From Squalus acanthias (Eukaryota): a DNA stretch of 64,000 nt. Numbering within the stretch: the stretch's first letter is position 1; every line of letters begins with the position of its first letter. Below, piece after piece: positions 1 through 11,022 of this stretch. Both the position numbers and the translations under genes were made by a program. The notes under the pieces were generated by a model. It ran no database searches. It had not been told where the DNA came from and worked only from the letters and a program-made list of their open reading frames with translations. The stretch lies in the NCBI GenBank assembly GCA_030390025.1, contig CM059431.1, positions 139,812,001-139,876,000 of the forward strand, in the 5' to 3' direction.

Positions 1-799
1 AAATGCTCCATATGTTTCACTTTTAAGTCGACGTTTGAAAAATGTAGGCATGCTGTTCAACGCTAACCTCCTTGACATCGATATATAATTATTATCAGAA
101 AACACTGAGCGGCCTTGATTAGATTCACACCCTTATGAGTTTGAACAATGGTGGATGGGAACATCCCTCAGCCTTGTTCCATTCAGCAGTGAAATATTAA
201 TGAATCAACACCCTCGCCAGTTAACTTGACCTTGCCAACAAGTCCAAAATGTCATGTTAAGAACAATTGGAGCATAATTGCTCAATGGAAACAATCCATC
301 AATCGACAGAAATGGGCTTTATTTTTCCGCATTACCTTGTAAAGCATGAGGGCAGAATAAATATCTGAGATAAAAATTTATGCAATTATATTGCCTTTAT
401 CTTACATGTTAGCCTCATCGTGCACCTGGAAGGATAGTTTCCTCTGATTGTTATTACTAATAAAATCATGAATGCCTGCTTTCAAAACGCTTTTATACGT
501 ATTGCTTGAAATGTGAATTTAGAAATTCCTCCCGCCGTATTCACAATGTCCGTAACGACCGACAGAAATCCATATAGTCCATTATATTCTAAAGCATTAA
601 TCTGATTTCAGAATAGTTGTAATGGATATTTCTAAATTTTTAAATTGCTCTTGATGCAACGTTACTACAATTACAGAATCGCATTCAACTAGAATGGCAA
701 GTTATAGCAGTGTGGAGCGCAGCACCATCAGGAGAGGACAGTCCAACTACTTTCCGGAGCTTCACAGAGTTTGATGTCTGTACTCGCCCAAGGCTTTCA

Positions 800-1200
800 C
801 CAGAATAGAGAAGGCCGAGGTGTGACCTGATAGGAGTCTTTAAGATTATGAAACTTTCGATAGATTAGATGGAGAGAAAATGTTTATACTTATCGGAGTG
901 TCCATAACGAGGAGCCATCAATATAAGATAGTCACAAATAAATCCAATAGGGAATTCAGGAGCAACTTATTTACCCAGAGTTTGGTTAGAATGTGGAACT
1001 TGCTATAATATTGAGTATTTGAGGCAATTAGTATGCATGCATTTTAGGGGAAGCTGTATAAACACAAGAGACAGAAAGAATAAAAGGATATGCAGGCAGC
1101 ATCAAATGAAGAGGGGTTGGAAGAGGTTCGTCTGGAGCATAAAGGCCGACACCGGTCAGTTAGGCCGAGTGGGTTCTTTCTGTGCTATAAACTCTATATA
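800..1200 (+). mobile_element. Decayed CR1 LINE 3' fragment
   Basis: Degenerate RRLRGDLI / TRGH / RNFFTQRVVRMWN-type sequence followed by a tail. Confidence 0.7.
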
Positions 1201-1339
1201 ACTCTCTGTCACGAAACCAGATGGACAGCGATCTGTTCAATGAACACAGTCCGCTGCTCAGTCTCTCGGACTCCCATGTGTTGCTCAGCTTCAAATTCTC
1301 CCTGGAAGCAAATTGAAAAGTTGTCTCAGGCTCAGCATT

Positions 1340-1922
1340 GTAATATTAACGTGCCTTTTCAAAGCTGTCCTGGCCAACATCCCATCTTGCAATCTCCGTG
1401 AACTTGAGCTCATCCAAAACTCTGTTGCCCGTATCCTAACTCGCACCAAGACCCGTTCGCTCATCACCCCTGTGCTCGCTCACCTATTTTCGCTCCCGGT
1501 CAGGCAACACATCGATTTTAAAACTCTCAACTTTTTTTTTCAAATGCCTCCATGGCCTCGCCCTTCCCTATCTCAGTTACCTCCTCCCGTCCTACAACTC
1601 TCCGAGACCTCTGCACTCGACCAATTCGGGCCTCTTGCGCATCCCTGATTCCAATCGCTCCACCATTGGCATTCGTGCCTTCAGCTGCCGAGGTCCTAAG
1701 CTCTCGAATTCCCTCCCTAAACCTCTCCGCTCTTTAACTCTCTATTTCCTTCTTTAAAACACTCCTTAATGCCTGCCTATTCGATCAAGCTTTTGATCAC
1801 CTGTCCTATTATCTCATTATGTGTCTTTGTGTTAAATTCTAGTCTGAAGACGATCCTGTGGATGTCTTGGACGTTTCATTACATTAAAGTCGCTGCTTAA
1901 ATGCAATTTGTTATTGTTGTTG
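1340..1922 (+). mobile_element. L2 LINE 3' fragment
   Basis: LELIQNSVARILTRTK..ITPVLAHL..LPVRQHIDFK is the typical L2 ORF2 C-terminus; ttgttgttg tail. Confidence 0.8.
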
Positions 1923-2847
1923 TGTCTGTGTGTCCATAGATGCTGAATGTTTGCAGCATTTTCTGGTTTAACTTCACAATTAAAGCAACATAAATTTAGT
2001 TATTTTCTTCCTATTGCGACTGATAAGGTTTGAAATTATTTAGAAACCCATTATAAATAAAAGGCAAATAATCTACCGAATTAATTTTCCTATACTGCCA
2101 AGAAGACAATGCACGCCATCTTTAAACGGTAATATTTTATTTTAATATAGTTTATCATGTTGTATTTCAAAACTAAAACTTTGGTTATACAAGGAAAAAC
2201 TAATAGTTTATTTCAAATACATTTCGACCTATAAATCAGACAGTTAACATCCGAAAACGCCCAATCCATGCAGGGTATTGTGTCAATTTGGTAGCAATGA
2301 TGCACTTGGTAAATGTGTAAAATGTAATGGAGTAATAATATTAAATACTTAAGGAATTGATTCACCTGTAACAGTTATTCGCATCACTAATGACGTTACT
2401 CAGGCTGATATGACGAGAGAAGATGTGTCTGATTTAGGAGATGGTGAGAGTGTTATTGTACTGACCAGAGAAGATGTTTCTGATTTAATAGATGTTGAGA
2501 TTGTTATTGTACTGACCAGAGAAGATGTATCTGATTTAGTAGATGATAAAAGTGCTATTGTACTGACCAGTGAATATGTATCTGATTTAATAGATGGTGA
2601 AGGTGCTATTTTACTGACCAGAGAAGATGTATCATTTTGTAGATGGTGAGAGTGCTATTGTACTGACCAGAGAATATGTAGCTGATTTAGTAGGTGGTGA
2701 AGGTGTTATTTTACTGAACAGAGAAGATGTATCTGATTCAGTAAATGATGAAGGTGCTATTGTACTGACCAGAGAAGATGTATCTGATTCAGTAAATGAT
2801 GAAGGTGCTATTGTACTGACCAGAGAAGCTGTATCTGATTTTAGTAG

Positions 2848-5640
2848 GTGGAAACAGTTTGGGTGGAGATAAGGAATAATAAGGGGAAAAAAACATTAGT
2901 GGGCGTAGTCTATAGGCCTCCGAACAGTTGCAACTCTATTGGACGGAGTATCAATCAGGAAATAGTTGAGGCATGTAATAAGGGAACATCTATAATTATG
3001 GGGGATTTTAACTATCATATTAATTGGACAAATCAAATGGGGCAGGGCTGCCTTGAGGATGAGTTCATTGAGTGTATTAGGGATGGGTTTCTTGAGCAGT
3101 ATGTAACTGAACCGACCAGGGGGCAAGCAACCTTAGATCTGGTCCTGTGTAACGAGACAGGATTAATTAAAAATGTCCTAGTAAAGGATCCCCTTGGAAT
3201 GAGTGACCATAACATGGTTGAATTCCATATTCAATTAGAGGGTGAGAAGGTTGGATCTCAAACAAGCGTGCTAAGCTTGAATAAAGGAGACTATGAAGGT
3301 ATGCGAGCGGAATTGAGTAGAGTGGATTGGGAAAATAGATTAAAGGGTAAGACGACACATGATCAGTGGTGTACATTCAAGGAGTTATTTTAAAACTTCC
3401 AAAAAATATATATTCCACTGAAAAGAAAAGGGTGTAAAAGAAAGGACAGTCATCCGTGGCTAAGTAAAGAAATTAAGGATAGTATTCGACTAAAAACAAG
3501 GGCATATAAGGTAGCGAAATCTAGTGGGAGGACAGAGGATTGGGAAAACTTTAAAAGGCAGCAAAAAATAACAAAAAGATTGATTAAGAAAGGGAAGATA
3601 GATTATGAAAGTAAATTAGCAAAAAATATAAAAACAGATAGTAAGAGTTTTTATAGTTATATAAAAAGAAAAAGGGTGGCTAAAGTAAATGTTGGTCCCT
3701 TAGAGGATGAGACCGGGAAATTAATGGTGGGAAATATGGAGATGGCAAAAACACTGAATGAATATTTTGTATCAGTCTTTACAGTAGAGGACACTAAGAA
3801 TATCCCAACACTGGACAAACAGGGGGCTATAGGGGGAGAGGAGCTAAACACGATCAAAATCACTAAGGAAGTGGTACTCGGTAAAATAATGGGACTCAAG
3901 GCGGATAAATCACCTGGACCTGATGGCTTACATCCTAGAGTCTTGAAGGAAGTGGCGGTAGGGATTGTAGATGCATTGGTAATAATTTTTCAAAACTCCC
4001 TGGATTCCGCTAAGGTCCCGGCAGACTGGAAAACTGCTAATGTAACACCCTTATTTAAAAAGGGCAGTAGACAGAAGGCTGGTAACTATAGACCGGTTAG
4101 CCTAACATCTGTGGTAGGTAAAATTTTGGAGTCCATTATTAAGGAAACAGTAACAGGACATTTGGATAATCATAATTTAATAGGACAAAGTCAGCATGGT
4201 TTTACGAAGGGGAAGTCATGTTTGACAAATTTGCTGGAGTTCTTTGAGGAAGTAACATATAGAGTGGATAAAGGGGAACCAGTGGACGTAGTGTATTTAG
4301 ACTTCCAAAAGGCATTTGACAAGGTGCCACACAAAAGATTATTGCTTAAGGTAAAAAATCACGGGATTGGGGGTAATATTCTGGCATGGATAGAGGATTG
4401 GCTATCTAACAGAAAGCAAAGAGTTGGGATAAATGGTTCATTCTCAGACTGGCAATCAGTAACTAGTGGTGTTCCACAGGGGTCAGTGCTGGGTCCCCAA
4501 CTCTTCACAATCTATATTAACGATTTGGAGGAAGGGACCAAGTGTAACATATCAAAATTTGCAGATGATACAAAGATGGGAGGGAAAGTAGTGAGTGAGG
4601 AGGACATAAAAAACCTGCAAGGGGACATAGACAGGCTAAGTAAGTGGGCAGAGATTTGGCAGATGGAATACAACACTGGAAAGTGTGAGGTGATGCACTT
4701 TGGCAGGAAAAATCCTAGAGCAATTTATTATCTTAATGGCAAGAAACTGGAGAGTACTGAAGTGCAAAGGGATCTGGGGGTCCTGGTGCACGAAACTCAA
4801 AAGGTTAGTATGCAGGTGCAGCAAGTGATTAAGAAGGCAAATGGAATGTTGGCTTTCATTGCTAGGGGGATAGAATATAAAAATAGGGAGGTATTGCTTC
4901 AGTTGTACAAGGTATTGGTGAGACCGCACCTGAATACTGCATACAGTTTTGGTGTCCTTACTTAAGGAAAGACATCCTTGCTCTCGAGGCAGTGCAAAAA
5001 AGGTTCACTCGGTTAATCCCGGGGATGAGGGGGTGGTCATATGAGGAGAGGTTGGGTAGATTGGGACTCTACTCATTGGAGTTCAGAAGAATGAGAGGCG
5101 ATCTTATTGAAACATATAAGATTGTGAAGGGGTTGGATCGGGTGGATGCGGGGAGGATGTTCCCGATGATGGGTGAGACGAGAACTAGGGGACATAGTCT
5201 TAGAATAAGGGGCTGCTCTTTCAAAACTGAGATGAGGAGGAACTACTTCACTCAGAGGGTGGTAGGTCCATGGAATATGCTGCCACAAAAAGCTGTAGAA
5301 GCTACAACATTAATTAAATTTAAAACAGAAATAGACAGTTTCCTAGAAGTAAAGGGCATTAAGGGTTACGGGGAGCGGGCAGGAATTTGGACATGAGTCT
5401 AGGTTCGGATCGGTCATGGCCCTGTGGGTAGTGGAGCGGGCCCAGGGACTGTGTAGCCTGATTCTGCTCCTATTTCGTGTGTGCAATTCTGTTAGATGCA
5501 GGAGATGGTTCTGTGATAGATAGTAGATTGGCGGTTAGGATCAGATCAGCCATGATCTTATTGAATGGCGGAGCAGGCTCGAGGGGCCGATTGGCCTACT
5601 CCTGCTCCTATTTCTTATGTTCTTATGTTCTTATGTTCTT
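2848..5640 (+). mobile_element. 5'-truncated CR1 LINE (end of APE endonuclease plus RT), inactivated by a stop at 3391 and a frameshift near 4935
   Basis: VYRPPN, MGDFN, SDH (APE); [32 protein letters not shown] (RT); (TTCTTATG)n tail. Confidence 0.95.
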
Positions 5641-8600
5641 ATGGTGAAGGTGTTATTTTACTGAACAGAGAAGGTGTATCTGATATAGTAAATTATGCAA
5701 GTGCTTTTGTACTGAACAGAGAAGATGTTTCTGCTTTGGTAGATTTTGAAGTTGCTATTTTACTGACGAGAGAAGATGTATCTGATCTAGTAGAATGTGT
5801 GGGTGTTATTGCACTGACCAGGGAAGATGTATCTGATTTAGTAGATGGTGAAGGTGTTATTGTACTGACCAGAGAAGATGTATCTGATTTAGTAGATGGT
5901 GAAGGCGATATTGTACTGACCAGTGAAGGTGTTTCTGATTTAGTAGATGGTGAAGGTGTTATTGTACTGACCAGAGATGATGTATCTTGTTAAGTAGATG
6001 TTGAGAGTGTTATTCTACTGAACAGATAAGATGTATCTGATTCAGTAGATGGTAAGGGTGTTATTGTACTGATCAGAGAAGCTGTATCTGAATTAGTAGA
6101 TGGTAAGGGTGTTATTGTACTGACCAGAGAAGATGTATCTGATTTATTGTTGGTGAGTGTGTTATTGTACTGACCAGAGAAGATGTATCTGATTTAGTAG
6201 ATGATGAAGGTGTTCTTGTACTAACCAGAGAAGATGTATCTGGTACATTGATGGTGAGGGTGTTATTGTACTGACAGAGAAGATGTATCTGATTTAGTAA
6301 ATGTTGAAGGTGCTATTGTACTAACCAGAGAAGATGTATCTGATTTACTAGATGGTGAGGTTGTTATTGTACTGACCAGAGAAGATGTTTCTGATTTAGT
6401 ATATGTTGAAGTTGCTATTGTACTGAACAGAGAAGATGTATCTGATTTAGTAGATGGTGAAGGTGTTATTGTACTGACCGGAGAAGTTGTATTTGATTTG
6501 GTAGAGGGTGAAGTTGTTATTGCACTGACCAGAGAAGCTGTATCTGATTCAGTAGATGATTTAGGTGTTATTGTACTGACCAGAGAAGCTGTATCTGTTT
6601 TAGTAGATGTTGAAGGTGCTATTGTACTGACCAGTGAAGGTGTATCTGAGTTAGTAGAAGGTGAAGGTGCTATTGTACTGACCAGAGAACATGTATCTGA
6701 TTTAGCAGATGATTTAGTTGTTATTGTACTTACCAGAGAAGCTGTATCTGATTTAGTAGATGGTGAAGGTGTTATTGTACTGACCAGTGAAGGTGTATCT
6801 GATTTAGTAGATGGTGAAGGTGCTATTGTACTGACCAGAGAAGATGTATCTGATTTAGTAGATGGTGAGGTTGTTATTGTGCTAAACAAAGAAGATGTAT
6901 CTGATCTAGTAGATGGTGAAGGTGTTATTGTACTGACCAGAGAAGATGTATCTGATTTAGTAGATGATTTAGGTGTTATTGTACTGACCAGAGAAGCTAC
7001 ATCTGATTTAGTAGGTGGTGAAGGTGTTATTATACTGACCAGAGACGGTGTTTCTGATATAGTAAATGATGCAGGTGCTTTAGTACTGAACAGAGAAGAT
7101 GTTTCTGCTTTTGTAGATTTTCAAGTTTTATTTTACTGACGAGAGAAGATGTATCTGATCTAGTAGAATGTGTGGGTGTTATTGTACTGACCAGAGAAGA
7201 TGTATCTGATTTAGTAGATGGTGAACGTGTTATTGTACTGACCAGAGAAGATGTATCTGATTTAGTAGATGGTGAACGTGTTATTGTACTGAACATAGAA
7301 GATTGATCTGATTAAGTAGATGATGAGACTGGTTTTGTACTGAGCAGAGAAGATGTATCTGATTTAGTAGATGGTGAGAGTTTTATTGTACTGACCAGAG
7401 AAGATGTATCTGATTTAGTAGATGGTAAGGATGTTATTGAACTGACCAGAGAAAATGTTTCTGATTTAGTATATGTTGACGGTGCTATTGTACTGAACAG
7501 AGAAGATGTATCTGATTTACTAAATGGTGAAGTTGTTATTGTACTGACCAGAGAAGATGTTTCTGATTTAGTATATGTTGAAGGTGTTATTGTACTGAAC
7601 AGAGAAGATGTATCTAATTTTGTAGATGGTGAAGCTGTTATTGCACTGACCAGAGAAAATGTATCTGATTTAGTAGATGGTGAGAGTGTTATTGTACTGA
7701 CCAGAGAACATGTTTCTGATTTAGTAGATGATTTAGGCGTTATTGTACTGACCAGAGAAGCTGTATCAGATTTAGTAGATGGTGAAGGTGTTATTATACT
7801 GCCCAGTGAAGGTGTATCTGATTTAGTAGATGGTGAAGGTGCTATTGTACTGACCAGAGAAGCTGTATCTGATTTAGTAGGTGGTGAAGGTGTTATTGTA
7901 CTGACCAGAGAAGGTGTTTCTGATACAGTAAATGATGCAGGTGCTTTTCTACTGAACAGAGAAGATGTTTCTGCTTTAGTAGATTTTGAAGTTGCTATTT
8001 TACTGACGAGAGAAGATGTATCTGATCTAGTAGAATGTGTATGTGTTATTGCACTAACCAGAGAAGATGTATCTGATTTAGTAGATGATGAAGGTGTTAT
8101 TGTACTGATCAGAGAAGTTGTATCTTATTTAGTAGATGGTGAGACTGTTATTGTACTGACCAGAGAAGATGTATCTGATTTAGTAGATGGTGAGACTGTT
8201 ATTGTACTGACCACAAAAGATGTATCTGATTTAGTAGATGGTAAGGGTGTTATAGTACTGACCAGAGAAGATGTATCTGATTTATTGATGGTGAGTGTGT
8301 TATTGTACTGACAGAGAAGATGTATCTTATTTAGTAGATGATGAAGGTGCTATTTTACTGACCAGAGAAGCTGTATCTGATTTAGTAGGTGTTGAAGGTG
8401 TTATTTTACTGACCAGAGAAGGTGTATCTGATATAGTAAATGATGCAGGTGCTTTTGTACTGAACAGAGAAGATGTTTCTGCTTTAGTAGATTTTGAAGT
8501 TGATATTTTACTGACGAGAGAAGATGTATCTGATCTAGTAGAATGTGTGGGTGTTATTGCACTAACCTGAGAAGATGTATCTGATTTAGTAGATGATGAA

Positions 8601-9696
8601 GGTGTTATTGTACTAACCAGAGAAGATGTATCTGATTTAGTAGATGGTGAAGATGTTATTGTACTGACCAGAGAAGATGTATCTGATTAAGTAGATGGTG
8701 AGAGTGTTATTGTACTGACCAGAGAAGATGTATCTGATTTAGTAGATGGTAAGGGTGTTATTGTACTAACCAGAGAAGATGTATCTGATTTAGTAGATGG
8801 TGAAGGTGTTATTGTACTGACCAGAGAAGATGTATCTGATTTAGTAGATGTTGAGAGTGTTATTGTACTGACCAGAGAAGATGTATCTGATTTAGTAGAT
8901 CGTAAGTGTGTTATTGTACTGACCAGAGAAGATGTATCTGATTTATTGATGGTGAGGGTGTTATTGTACTGACCAGAGAAGATGTATCTGATTTAGTAGA
9001 TGATGAAGGTGTTATTGTACTGACCAGAGAAGATGTATCTGATTTATTGATGGTGAGGGTGTTATTGTACAGACCAGAGAAGATGTATCTCATTTATTAG
9101 ATGATGAAGGTGTTATTTTAGTCACCAGAGAAGATGTATCTGATTAAGTAGATGATTGAGGTGTTATTGTACTGACCAGAGAAGATGTATCTGATTGAGT
9201 ATATGTTGAAGGTGCTATTGTACTAACCAGAGAAGATGTATCTGATTTAGTAGATGGTGAGGTTTTCATTGCACTGACCAGAGAAGATGTTTCTGATTTA
9301 GTATATGTTGAAGTTGCTATTGTACTGAACAGAGAAGACGTATCTGATTTAGTAGATGGTGAAGGTGTTATTGTACTGACCGGAGAAGTTGTATATGATT
9401 TGGTAGATGGTGAAGTTGTTATTGCACTGACCAGAGAAGATGTATCTGATTTAGTAGATGGTGAGAGTGTTATTGTAGTGACCAGAGAACATGTATCAGA
9501 TTTAGTAGAAGATTTAGGTGTTATTGTACTGACCAGAGAAGCTGTATCTGATTTAATAGATAGTGAAGGTGCTATTGTACTGACCAGAGAAGATGTATCT
9601 GATTTAGTAGATGGTGAAGGTGTTATTGTACTGATCAGAGAAGATGTATCTGATTTAGTAGATGGTGAAGGTGTTATTGTACTGACCCGAGAAGAT

Positions 9697-10006
9697 GGGC
9701 TGGATTTTGTCTTGGGGTCGGGTTGGGGTCGTGTAATCTGCATTTCGTGTTTCCCCCCCGACTCCAGATTCATGTGGATGAATGATGCAATTTTCACTTA
9801 ATTGGGCAATTGAGTTCCAGCATGTGGGAACCCATGCACCAATTAGTGGTTTCAGTGGGAAAGTCGCCTCTGATGATGTCATCATTGCAGGCTACCTGGT
9901 CTCAGAGAGGACCTGCCTGGCTTGCTTTTGATGTGAGTGGACCTGGATGCAAAATATTTGCGGGGGGCGGGGTTGCGGGGAGAAGAGAGAGAAAGAGAGA
10001 GAGAGG

Positions 10007-10068
<62 letters not shown>

Positions 10069-10345
10069 GAGAAAGAGAGATAGATTTTTTTGCATCCAAG
10101 TCCTCTCACAGCAAAGGTCAGGCAGTCTAATACTACTACTACCTTCATCACATCTCCATTGTAATAGTGGACCTGCAGCTGATAGTCAGCTATCCACTTG
10201 TGCTCCCGCCAGGTTTCACTGGAGTGTTTCACACCAGGCGTACTTCACGTCAGAAAAGGGTTAAACTAGCTAAAACGTTTCAAAATGGCATTACAGAGCC
10301 AATTTAGAGCTTGTTAAGGGCTTTAATGGCCTCTCCCGCCTCTTG
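9697..10345. mobile_element. Non-coding insertion in the 51-bp array, putative non-autonomous element starting GGGCTGGATTTT
   Basis: Unrelated sequence splits a repeat unit; similar termini occur at about 50403 and 51878 and, reversed, at about 43344 and 46227. Confidence 0.5.
9980..10081 (+). repeat. (GA)n microsatellite
   Basis: Directly visible. Confidence 0.95.
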
Positions 10346-10688
10346 GCCAGAGATGATGTATCTGATTTCGTAGATGGTGAGAGTGTTATTGTACTGAACA
10401 GAGAAGATGTATCTGATGTATTAGATGGTGAAGGTGCTGTTGTCCTGACCAGAGAAGATGTTTCTGATTTAGTAGATGGTGAAGTTGTTATTGTACTGAC
10501 CAGAGAAGGTGTATCTGATTTAGTTGATGGTGAAGGTGTTCTTGTACTGACCAGAGAAGATGTATCTGATTTACTAGATGGTGAAGGGCTGTTGTACTGA
10601 CCAGAGAAAATGTATCTGATTTATTAGATGGTGAAGGTGTTATTGTACTGACCTAAGAAGGCGCATCTGATTTAGTAGATTGTGAGAA

Positions 10689-10788
10689 CAGAATTAACTC
10701 CCTCCACGGATGCTGCCTGGCCTGCTGAGTCTTTCCAGCGTTTTCTGTTGTTATTTCGGATTTCCAGCATCCGCAGTATTTTGCTATC
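10689..10788. mobile_element. About 100-bp Penelope-like terminal fragment inserted in the 51-bp array
   Basis: Reverse complement (gctggaaagactcagcaggccaggcagcatccgtggag) matches 36252-36290 at the 3' end of the Penelope element in this window. Confidence 0.7.
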
Positions 10789-11022
10789 GTATCTGATTTA
10801 GTGGATGGTGAAGGTGCTATTATACTGACCAGTAAAGATATATCTGATTTATTAGATGGTGAAGTTGTTATTGTACTGACCAGAGGAGGTGTATCTGATT
10901 TAGCAGATGGTGAAGGTGCTACTCTTCTCATCAGGGAAGAAGAATCTATGCTTAATGATATTGAGCTGTTATTGAAATTGAGAGATGATGTTTCTGAATT
11001 AATAGATGATGAAGCTGTTACT

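Larger units (their letters stand above)
2408..10920 (-). repeat. 51-bp tandem array (minus-strand reading TSSLVSTITPSPSTKSD), a degenerate mucin-like repeat interrupted by three insertions
   Basis: Plus-strand unit ctgaccagagaagatgtatctgatttagtagatggtgaaggtgttattgta in segments 2408-2847, 5641-9696, 10346-10920; scattered 1-bp indels and stops. Confidence 0.92.
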
